Made by a program: the position numbers and the translations under genes. DNA of 64,000 nt from Stegostoma tigrinum (Eukaryota): contig NC_081387.1 in assembly GCF_030684315.1 (NCBI RefSeq), positions 5,436,497 to 5,500,496 of the forward strand, read 5' to 3'. The first letter of the stretch is position 1, and every line of letters begins with the position of its first letter. Shown piece by piece: positions 35,441-46,764 of the stretch. The notes under the pieces are model-generated. The model was not told where the DNA came from and did no database searches. It was given only the letters and a program-made list of their open reading frames with translations.

Positions 35441-35742
35441 GGGGTGGCACGGTGGCTCAGTGGTTAGCACTGCAGCCTCACAGCACCTGGGACCCGGGTT
35501 CGATTCCCACCTCGGGTAACTGTCTGTGTGGAGTTTGCACATTCTCCCCGTGTCTGCGTGGGTTTTCTCCAGGTGCTCCGGTTTCCTCCCACAGTCCAAA
35601 GATGTGCATGCTAAAATTGCCCGTCGTGTTCAGGGGCGTGTGGGTTATCGGGGGATGGACCTGGGTGGAATGCTTCAAGGGGCGGTGTGGACTTGTTGGG
35701 CCGAAGGGCCTGTTTCTACACTGTAGAGAATCTAATCTAATC
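35441..35742 (+). mobile_element. tRNA-derived SINE (HE1/V-SINE type)
   Basis: Intact A box TGGCTCAGTGG and B box GGTTCGATTCC, V-type core, (AATCT)n tail. Confidence 0.9.
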
Positions 35743-36384
35743 TACTTCACTACTTAATATTGAGTTCAACATCTTCAAATTGTGAACACACTGCTATTCC
35801 TTACCTTTCTTTTTGCTTTACTTCTTACAATGTCAGTCACCCTTTCTGCCACACTCCTTGCCCAGTGGGACTGTCTGTTCTTTCCAATCTGGCAGTTAGA
35901 CACATCATTGTTTTGCCATTCTCACATTCCAATCACTTAATGTGAACTGAACAAATCAACACCTTATCTGCCTCAGCACTCCACTTCCCTCCCACTGCCA
36001 TTGCGTAAATGCTGCTCCCTCCACATTTGATGAAGAGTCATCTAGACTCAAAACATTGGCTTGCTGTCTCTCCATGAATGCTGCCTGACCCGCTGTGGTT
36101 TCCAGGATTTTTCGTTTTCAGTATGAATTCTGCAGTAATTTGCTCCTACACTGAATAAAGAGAATCATGTGGCCTGCTGTGCATTCTGCCTGACAACAAA
36201 CTTGGGCAGTTTGATGACTGTGAATAAGTGGGAGTAAAGTGGTCAGTTTGACTTAGTGAGAGAAGGTACAGCTGTTCATTAACAGAAAATTGTGATAGCT
36301 GTGCTAACGGTGGGTAGACATTACCTCCAACTCCAGGCAAAAACCTTTTAATCTAAAAATGGCCATGAATGTCACTCACTTTTT

Positions 36385-39340
36385 GAACATAAGAAATGGC
36401 AGCAGATTCTGTTGACCATTCAGTTCCTCACATCTGCCCCACCATTCAATAAGATCATGGCTGATCTGCCTCAACTCCTCTTTCATGTCAGCTCATCACT
36501 GCCCTCAACTCCACAATATTTTAAACTCTGGCCACCTCTTTTAGTTCTTTCAGTGATGTAGCCTTCACTACTCTCCTAGATAAGGAATTCTAGACGTTTG
36601 TTACCATCTGGGAGAAGGAATTTCAATTGTATTTCAGTTTTAAATGTGTGTCCCCTTATTCTTGTAATTGTGTCCTCTAATCTAAGATTCTCCCATCTTC
36701 TCAACATCTAATCTGCCAAGCACTCTCAGAATCTTGTATATTTTCAGATTTCTACCCCTCATTTTTCCAAAAAATAATGAATAAAGGCCAGACCTGTTTA
36801 GGTGATCTTAATAGGTCAACCCCTTAATCCCTGAAATGAGCCGAGTGAATCTGTTTCGAACTGCCTCCAATGCCTGTACATCCTTTCTCAAATACCAGGA
36901 ACAAATGTGTACAAAATTCTCCAGATGCGGCCTCACCAACGTCCTGTACAGTTGTACATAGAATTCCCTTTTTCTAAACTCCAATCCCTGAGCAATAAAG
37001 GCCAAAATTCCATTTTTCTTCTCAATTATTGCTGCATCCGCATGTTAAATTTGTGTTATATGTACAAGCACACCCAGGTCCCTCTGCACATTTCTGTGCC
37101 CACAATTTCCCCATGCACAAAATCATGCTGATTATTCCTAATCAATCCTTGCCTTTCTAAATGCATATAAATTCCCTCCCTCAGAATCCCCTCCAACATT
37201 TTACCCACTACTGATGTAAGATTCATCGGTCTGTAGTTTCTAGCTTTTCTATACAACCTTTCTTAAATAATGGCACCACATTAGCCAATCTCCAGTCTTC
37301 TGACACCTCATCATGGCTATTGATCAAGGACATATCTCAGCCAGGGGCCCAGCAATCTCTTCCCAAGCTTCCCACAAAGTTCTGCGAAACGCTTGTTCAG
37401 GTAATAGAATCCCTACAGCATGGCAGGAGGCCATTCCTCCCATCAAGTCTATACTGATCCTCCGAAGAGCAACCAGACCCACTTGATCTCTGCATTTCCC
37501 ATGTTTAACTCACCTAGCCTGCACATCCCTGGGCAATTTCGCATGGTTAATATACCTAACCTTTACATCTTTGGACTGTGGAGGAAACTGGAGCACCCAG
37601 CAGAAACCCACACAGACACAGAGAGAATGTGAAAATTCCACACAGATGGTTGCCCGAGGCTGGAATTGTACCCAGCCCCCTGACGCTGTGAGGCAGCAGT
37701 GCTAACCATTAAGCCACCATGCCGCCTGGGGATTAATCTACCTTTATACATTTTAAGACCTTCAGCACCTCCTCTTCTCTAATATAAATATAAACTCTTT
37801 CCAAATGTCATTATTTATTTCCCCAACTTCCCGAGCTTCCATGTCCTTCTCCACAGTAAATACTGATGCAAAATATTCTAATATGGGCAGTAAATAATGG
37901 AGGTCTGAGGATTGGTGCTTCTGGGAATGTCACTAATATGTCTTTCCAATCTGAAAAAGAGCATTCAATCCTGGCTCTGGATTATACACAGGACACAATC
38001 TTCAGTCCATGCTAATATATTACCCCTGATATGGTGAACTGCTATCTTATGCAGTAACTGCTTAATGTGGCACCTTATCAAATGCCTTCTGGAAATGAAA
38101 ATGCACTACATCCACTGATTGCCCTTCATCAATTCTGCTTGTTGCATGGAAACATAGAAAATAGGAGCAGGAGTAGGCCATTCAGCTCTTTGAGCTTGTT
38201 CTGCCACATGTTATTGTAATAGCTGCTCATCCAACTCTACAGCCAATTTCTGCTTTCCCACACAGTTTTGATCCTGTCAGCCCCCAAGAGCTAGATGCAA
38301 CTCCATTTTGAAATCATACAACGTTCTGGCCTTGACTGATTTCTGCAGTAGTCAATTCCACAAACTCACCAATGAGTTATGAAATTTCTCTTCATTTGAG
38401 TCTTGAATGGTTTACCCCGTATCCTTAGACTTTGGCCCCTGGTTCGGGACACTTCTACGATTGGGAACGAACATCTTTTCTTCACCAATCCCATCTAGTC
38501 CTGTTTATACGCTTCTATCAGATCATGTCTCATTCTTTTAAACTTCAGCAAATAAAATTGTAACCAATGGAACCTCTCCTGCCATCCCACGAATCAGCCT
38601 GTTAAACCTTTGCCATACTCCCCCCAAAACAACAGCATCCTTCCTCAGATAAAGGAGACTAAAATTGCACAAAATATTCCAGGTGTGGTCTAACCAAGGC
38701 CCTGTACAATTGCAGCAAGACATCCCTGTACTCAAAACTAGTCACCACAAAGACGCACATACCATTACCTTTCTTGACCTTCTGCTGCATCTTTATGCTT
38801 ACCTTCAGTGACTGGTGTACAAGGACACCAAAATCTCGTTACGCATTCTCCCTTCTCAAGTTATAATTCTCACTTTGCTGTTTTTGTTCCCAAAGTGGAT
38901 AACTTCACATTTATCTGCATCCTACTGCATCTGCCAAGCATTTGCCCACTCACTCAGCCTGTCTAAGTCACACTGAAGCATTTCTGCATCCTCTTCACTG
39001 GTTATCTTCTCACTCAGTTTTGTGTCATCTGCAAATTTGAAGATACTACATTTTATACATCATTCTTCTATATCATTAATATGCATCATGAAAAGCTGGG
39101 GTTCTAGCAGTGATCCCTATGATCCATTTCAATAATACTAACCTCTGATGTGGGACTTTTTTGAAAGGTTTCTGAAAGTCTAAATAAACCACATCTACTG
39201 GCACCCTCATCAGATCAGCCAAATACATCTACGAAGAACTCCAGCAGATTTGTGAACATGGTTTCCATTTCATAAAATCTATGCTGACTCAGTCTCATCC
39301 AGATATGATTTCCAAGTGCAGGTTAAAGTCACCCATAAAC
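36385..39340 (-). mobile_element. Cluster of decayed CR1-type LINE fragments with a nested SINE
   Basis: LYRTLVRPHLE and NYRPMNLTSVVGKMLE peptides; CR1-like 3' tails at ~36385 and ~38150. Confidence 0.75.
37404..37727 (-). mobile_element. HE1/V-SINE-type SINE
   Basis: Reverse complement of the SINE head and core. Confidence 0.82.
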
Positions 39341-39967
39341 ACAGACATTCCTCCATTGCATACAATCACTAATATACTTTTTCATGCCATTCCTAACATC
39401 ACCCCTACAGTTTAGGGGTCTACATACAACCCCCACTACTGTTTCTTCCCCTTGGTGTTTCTTGTCCTATTCATAGATTCCACATCTTTGGAGTTAATAT
39501 TCTTCTTCCCTCTTGCATTAAAACTTTTATGATGTACTCCCTACTACCAGTGTCAGTCTGTCTACTTTATAATTCCTGATTTTCTCACTGCTTGCCTTAT
39601 AAAATAGATTAATTAGTGGTCCTCCAAACTGCAGGAACAACTGTAGCATCTGTAGAATCTTGGAAGATGACCAGTGATGCATCCAGTATTTTTAGGCTCC
39701 CTTCTTTAATCTGGGATGTAGATTATCAGGCCCTGGGGACTTCTTGGCCTTTAATTTCCACAACACTGATTCTCTACAAGTACTGTTTTCCTTCAGTCAC
39801 TATACCTTGTGTTCCCCAACATTTATGGTATGTCATTTGTGTCCTCCATTGTGAGCACAGAACCAAAGTACGTCATTTGGTACACCTTAGTTTTTGACTG
39901 GAAATTCTTCTTGATCATCTTTGTTAACCACAAGTGGTTCATCTTTCTCATTGAGTCCTTTTTGACC

Positions 39968-40215
39968 AGGTGACTGTCTTTGTGGAGTTCACACATTCTC
40001 CCCATGTCTGCTTGGGTTTCCTCCAATGCTCCGGTTTCCTCCCACAGTCCAAAGATGTGCAGGCTAGGTGAACTGCCTATGCTAAATTGCCCATTGTGTC
40101 TAGGGTGGGAAATGGAGGGGCAGGTTGGGGGTTGTGTGCTCTTCAGAAGGTCTATGTGGACTCAATGGGCAGACTAGCCTGCCTTCGCACTGTAGGGATT
40201 CTATTCTATTCTATG
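39968..40215 (+). mobile_element. HE1/V-SINE-type SINE, 5'-truncated
   Basis: V-type core and (TTCTA)n tail. Confidence 0.8.
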
Positions 40216-40479
40216 CTCAAACATTTCAGTACCGGTGATAATCTTCAAAGTGTACTTTGTACTGGCTAGAGCAATTTCTGCACAGAGCTTATTAATGGCA
40301 CCCTCAACCCAATCATAGTACCTGTGGAAAAAAAACAAAAGAACTGCGGATGCTGTAAATCAGGAACAAAGACAAAGTTGCTGGAAAAGCTCAGCAGGTC
40401 TGGCAGCATCTGTAGAAGAGAAAACAGAGTTAACGTTTTGGGTCCGGTGACCCTTCCTCAGAACCCAGTACCTGTGGAA

Positions 40480-41157
40480 CAGACAGACCTAATGGCACAA
40501 GTGCATGGTTCTTTGAACATGGTGTTGCAGGTAGACAGAATGGTGAAGAAAGCATTTGTCAAGCTTGCCTTAATCGGTCAGAGCGTTGACTATAGGAGTT
40601 GCAATGTTATGTCACTGCTGTACCAGATATTAGTAGGGCCACATTTGGAGTACTGCATACAATTCTGGTTGCCCTGCTAATGAAGAGATGTTACTAAATT
40701 GGAAAGTTTACACAAAAAGATTTACAAGGATGTTACCGACACCGAAGGGCTTGAGTTATAAGGAGAAGCTGGATAGGCTGGGGCTTTTTCCCTAGACTGT
40801 AGGAGGCTGAGGGTGACCTGATAGAGGTTTATAAAATCGTGAGAGGCATACATAAGGTAAATAGGCAAGGCCTTTTTTCCCAGGAAACAGTTTAAGGTAA
40901 GAGGGGAAAGACTTTAAAGGGATCTGAGGGGCAACTTTTTCCGCACTACATTGGGGCCTATATTGAACGAACTGCAGGAGGAAGTGGTAGAAGCTGGTAT
41001 AATTACACTTAAAAGACATTTAGACAGGTACATGGATTGGAAAGGTTTACAGGGATACAGGCCAAATGCAAGCAAATGGGAATAGTTCTGTTAAGGAAAC
41101 CTGGTCAGCAGGGACAAGTTAGACCGAAAGGTTTATTTCAGTGCTGTATTACTCGGA
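40480..41157 (+). mobile_element. CR1-type LINE 3' fragment
   Basis: QVDRMVKKAF and LVGPHLEYCIQFW peptides. Confidence 0.85.
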
Positions 41158-42044
41158 GTTGTCCTTTTCTTTTTCTCGTTATCGGGGAAGATTTTTGGCT
41201 TCACAAACTCCGAAAAAAGGTCCCCAAACTCTCTTCACAGGCCACTGTCACTGTCATAAAAAAAATGTCAACAGAACAGTCACAAAAAAAAACTTAACTG
41301 ACAGCGAGTTTTTAACCATAAAAAAATCAATAATGAAACATTCGCCACTTGTGGGCTGGGAGTAGTGGGACAAGGAACATAACGTGAAGGAAACTGTAAT
41401 CCGTAGAACCAAATATAAAGTGGGAATGGAATGGAATATCTCAGTAGGATCTCTACTTGAACAAGTTTAATTAAAAAGTCAAATTCTTCAAATCCGAATG
41501 AAAAGTCAAAGTATCGGTTCTTTCCAAAACTGGTAACTAAACTGGAAGCTTCCAGTTCTGTTTTGTTTCACTACACCCGATGATTGTCAGTGTTTACTAA
41601 GTTAAAAAAAATCCAAACGGTATCGATTTCAGCTGAGAGTGGGCCCAGACTGGCCCCGGTTTTTAAAACGGACTTACATTTTAAAAGGAGCTGGACAAGT
41701 TGAGACTTCCACTTGCAGAAGGACTTCCTCTGTCTCTCACTGTAGATGGTTTCTCAACACCAACAAGAATTCTCAGACCCTGCAACTCCCAGATAATCAC
41801 TTTTTCCTCATTTTCATTTCAGTCTCATTTTCAGTAAGAGCCCATCAGGAAGGGGACGCTTCACTGAGCAGCAGTAAAACAGTTCAGCACAAAGCACCGA
41901 TTAAACAGGCCCTCTTTCGGCAAATCTCCTTTTTGCCTTTCCTGATAGCTCCACTGCAGAATCAGACCAATCTGAACGTTCGTGAACATTTGATAGTGTA
42001 AAATTCGCACAAACCTCCATTCTTTCCCTTAGTCTACACTCGGA

Positions 42045-42260
42045 CTTTTTATGCAAATATTTGCATCTAGTGGACAGGACGCAGAATGGACGAAAGAAAT
42101 AACAGGAACACTGGGTACATTCCTAGTGATTGGCGTCACTAGCGCCCAATCGACTGTTGAGCTGTACAGTTTATCCGCCAATCGCAATTATTAGCCAATC
42201 AGAATGGCCAGGGAGTGAGATTTTTGATAACTGTGCAATATATATTACGACAGTAAAATA
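42045..42260. promoter_or_regulatory. CpG-enriched promoter with a palindromic double octamer and four CCAAT boxes; candidate (possibly bidirectional) promoter of ZNF A
   Basis: ATGCAAATATTTGCAT at 42051-42066; ATTGG at 42129; CCAAT at 42146, 42178 and 42195; TATA-like run ~42238. A minus-strand donor AT|GTAAGT is at 41678/41677. Confidence 0.6.
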
Positions 42261-42552
42261 ACAGAACGTGTAATCGAGGTGAAACCGGTCAGACAGAATT
42301 TCTTTTTTTGAAAAAGCTGCGTCTTGTCTGCTGCGTTCCTGTCAGCTGCGGCTCTGTTGGAGCCTTGTTTCTATGTGCGAGATCGTGGGTTCCCATCTTA
42401 ATCCGAAGACTGTTTTAACGGAGTGATGCACAAGAGAATGCCACCCTGTAAATGAGATACGTGGTGCAGTTTGTCCGCTCGGGTGGATATGACTCTCTTT
42501 TCTCCTCCATGGGTGAGACGGCTCCACCAGACCTGCTGAGCTTTTCCAGCAA

Positions 42553-44686
42553 TACCCCATCCCCGAGCACCAAACCATCGTCTCCCAAACCATCCACAAC
42601 TTCATCACCTCAAGTGACCTCCCACCCACAGCCTCCAACCTCATTATTCCCCAACCACGCACTGCCCACTTCCATCGCCTTCCCAAAATCCACAAACCTG
42701 CCTGCCCTGGTCGACCCATTGTCTCCACCTGCTCCTGCCCCACCGAACTTATCTCCACCTATCTTGACTCCATTTTCTCCTTCTTGGTCCAAGAACTCCC
42801 TACCTACGTCCGTGACACCACCCATGCTCTCCACCTCCTCCAGAACTTCCAATTACCTGGTCCCCAACACCTCATTTTTACTATGGACGTCCAGTCCCTA
42901 TACACCTGCATTCCCCATGCAGATGGCCTAAAGGCCCTCCACTTCTTCCTGTCCCACAGGCCTGACCAGTTCCCCTCCACTGACACTCTCATCTGCTTAG
43001 CCGAACTCGTCCTCACCCTCAACAGCATCTCTTTCAATTCCACCCACTTCCTACAGACAAACGGGGTGGCCATGGTACCCGCATGGGCCCAAGCTATGCC
43101 TGCCTCAGTAGGTTATGTGGAACAGTCCCTCTTCCGCACCTACAATGGCCCTAAACCTCACCTCTTCCTCCGTTACGTCGTTGACTGTATCGGTGCCGTC
43201 TTGTGCTCCAATGGGGAGCTCGAACAGTTCATCCACTTCACCAACACCTTCCACCCCAACTTTAAATCCACCTGGACTATCTCTGACACCTCTGTCACCT
43301 TCCTGGACCTCTCTGTCTCCATTTTGGGCAACCACCTCGCAACCGATATCCATTTCAAGCCCACCGACTCCCACAGCTACCTGGAACACACCTCCTCCCA
43401 CCCATCTTCCTGCAAAAATGCCATCCCCTATTCCAATTCCTTCGCCTGTGCTGCATCTGCTCCCAGGATGAGGCATTCTACTCCCACACATCTCAGATGC
43501 CCTCGTTTTTCAAGGACCACAACTTCCCCCATGCAGTGGTCGAAAACGCCCTCAACCATGTCTCCCGCACTTCCCGCAACTCATCCCTCACATCCTGTCC
43601 CCGCAATAACAACCAAAAAAGAATCCCCTTGTCATCACGTACCACCCCACCAACCTCCAGATACAACGCATCATCCTCCAACACTTCCACCATCTGCAGT
43701 CCGACCCCACCACCAAAGACATTTTTCCGTCCCCACCCTTGTCTGCCTTCCGGAGGGACCACTGTCTCCGTGACTACCTTATCTGCTCCACATTCCCCTA
43801 CGGCCCCAACACACCCGGCACTTTTCCCTGCAACCGCAGGAAGTGCCACACCTGTCCCCACACCACCTCCCTCACCCCCATCCCAGGCCCCAAGATGACT
43901 TTCCACATCAAGTAGATGTTCACCTGCACATCTGCCAATGTGGTATACTGCATCCGCTGTACCCGTTGTGACCTCCTGTACATCGGGGAAACCAATTGGA
44001 GGCTTGGAGACCGCTTTGCAGAACACTTACACTCTGTTTGCAATAAACAACTGCACCTCCCAGTCGTGAACCATTTCAGCTCCCCCTCCCATTCCTCAGA
44101 TGACATGTCCATCCTGGGTCTCCTGCAGTGCCACGATGATGCCACCCGAAGATTGCAGGAACAGTAACTCATATTCAGCTTGGGAACCCTGCAGCCCAGT
44201 GGTGTCAATGTGGATTTCACAAGCTTCAAAATCTCCCCTCCCCCTACCGCATCTCAAAATGAACCCAGTTCATCCCTGCCTCCCTAACCTGTTCCTCCTC
44301 TCACCTGTCCCCTCCTCTCACCTCAAGCTGCACCCCCATTTCCTACTTACTGACCTCATCCTGCCCCCTTGACCTGTCCATCCTCCCTGGACTGATCTAT
44401 CTCCTCGCCACCTCCCCACCCACACTCACCTTTACAGGCTCCATCTCCGCCTCTTTGACTTGTCTGTCTCCTCTCCACCTATCTTCTCCTCTAGCCATGT
44501 TCGATCCTCCTCCCCCTCTCTCCGTATTTATTTAAGAACCCCCTTCCCCTCCCCCATTTCTGATGAAGGGTCTAGCCCTGAAACGTCAGCTTTCCTGCTA
44601 CTAAGATGCTGCTTGGCCTGCTGTGTTCATCCAGCTCTACACCTTGTTGTCTCAGATTCTCCAGCATCTGCAGTTCCTATTATCTC
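42553..44686 (+). mobile_element. Penelope-like retroelement (RT plus GIY-YIG), decayed
   Basis: RT motifs FTMDVQSLYTCIP, QTNGVAM, LRYVVD (degenerate YxDD) and VTFLDL; GIY-YIG VVYCIRC..LYIGET; frameshifts and stops. Flanked by near-identical TGAGC(AT)TTTTCCAGCAA direct repeats. Confidence 0.93.
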
Positions 44687-45863
44687 TGAGCATTTTTCCA
44701 GCAACTTTGTTTTTGCTCCTGATTTACAGCATCCGCAGTTCTTTTGATTTTTGTTTAGCAGTTAAACAGATTATCTGGCCATTACTTCATCACCGAATGC
44801 AGAACCGGTCCCAATAGCCCAGGAAACTGAAAAACTTCATCATGTACTCCCCTGCCAGTTATGTGTTGGTACTGGATTAATTTAGGATATCCGGTTGACA
44901 TGAATGAGTTGGAACGACGGGTCTGTTTCTGTGCTGTATGACTGACTCAATGTGCTGCCAAGTGGGCGTCAGGCTTCTACGCACAGCCTACTTAGACCCT
45001 GTAGCCTATTCTGCCACTCAATTAGATGATGTCAGTTAAGTAACCTAACTCCAAATATCTGTCTTTGATTCATAGTTCTTTATCTTTGGTTAACATATCT
45101 TTCTGTCTCAGTTTTAAAATTTGCAATTGATCTAGCATTAATTATGCCATGTGGAAGAGGATTCATATCACCATAGCCTTTAGAATTTAGAAGTGCATTT
45201 AGAAGTGCTTCCCAATTTCACTCTGAAAGCTCAAGTTCTAATTTTTAGAGTTTGTCTTCTAGTTCTTGAAACAATGCTCTTTTTCTCTAATTCTGAGTAC
45301 TATTCCTTAGGAGGGATACATTGGCATCTAGATTTATTAGAATGCCTCCTGGACTCCAAATTTTAATTTAAGAGGGGAGACTGAAACAAACTACTGTTGT
45401 ATTTCCATGAAATTTCGAAGATTACAAGGCAGTCTGATCAAGGTTTTCAAGTTCCGGGGAAGTTCCGGAAGAAGATAGGGTAGAAATATTGAAGGAAATC
45501 TGAAATCAGGCTCCAGAAGAAGACTTTAGGACAAAGATCCAAAAGAAATAGAATCTATGATTTTATGGAAGAATGAAAGTGTTTGGTTTCAAGGACAAGA
45601 GAAACATACCCATCTGGAGGCATTTAAGGAGAGAATTCCAGAACTTCGGACCGAGATAGTTGAAGGCACAGTGGTGCGAGTGATAAAAGACCAGAATCAG
45701 AGGAATAGAGAGATTTTAGGACAGGCAGAAGAAGCTCCAGAGATGCGGATGAGATAAGACCATGGAATGATTTAGAAATAAGAGTGACAGTTTTAAAGCA
45801 GAGGCTTTGCCTGACAGAGAGCCAATATAAGTTAACAAACCCAGGATTAATAGGGGAATAAAA

Positions 45864-46107
45864 ACCAAAAAGAACTGTGGATGCTGTAAATCAGGAACAT
45901 AAACAAAGCTGCTGGAAAAGCTCAGCAGTTCCAGCAGTATCTGTGGAGGGGAAAACAGAGTTAACATTTTGGGTCCGGTGACCCTTCCTCAGAACTGAGG
46001 AGTTCTGAGGAAGGGTGACTGGACCCAAAACGTTAACTCTGTTTTCTCCTCCACAGATGCTGCCAGACCTGCTGAGATTTTACAGCAGCTTTGTTTATGT
46101 TCTTGAT
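45864..46107. repeat. Palindromic (tail-to-tail) pair of Penelope-type terminal fragments
   Basis: Inverted arms of ~105 bp around ...CAGAACT-GAGG-AGTTCTG.... Single arms occur at ~17676, 28025, 29225, 40335 and 61440. Confidence 0.75.
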
Positions 46108-46764
46108 AAAAGAATGGCACTTACTATGTGAGCTAAGATACAGGTATCTGTCTTGGATGAGCTCAAGGTTAAGGTGGAAAGTGAGAGGCCAGCCATGAGA
46201 ATATTTGAATTGTCAAGTCTAAAGGCAACAAAGATTCAGCATTAGACTTCTGAGACAGGATTAGAAATTCTGAGGAATTTATTGTTGTACTCCTGTTGGT
46301 GACATGCCTATTAGGAAACCTAAGGTTTAATTTTCAAATGTACTTTAATGCTGTGATTACTTCAGTTAATATTCGTCTGACAATTCATCTTTGTATTTGA
46401 GTGCCCAGTTCTTCCAACTCCATGAAGTGCCATTAAACATGATTTCCAAAATATAAAATGAGTTAAGTTCAACAGGATAAAGTGATAGGGTGGTAGACAA
46501 TGATGATGAGGGTCAGTCCAAGAGTCTTAATGAAAAAAATTGCTTGAAATCTCACTGTTTGATATTCCATGAAGGAAAAGGAATGCTACATTTAGAAAGG
46601 TTGGACATAATTGTGCGAAGGGCCCATTTCTGAGATGAGACTAGAAGGGGCCTGTTCCCAGTGGGCTTAGGCCCATCTAACATTTTATGTTTTTGACATG
46701 TCTCATCAAGTATAGAGTGTCTCAGAGCTTAATAACTCCCACCTTCATTTGAGACTGCCCTGTG

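Noticed and set aside
35441-35520. tRNA gene
   Set aside because: The A/B boxes belong to a SINE head that continues into the SINE core; there is no complete cloverleaf or terminator.
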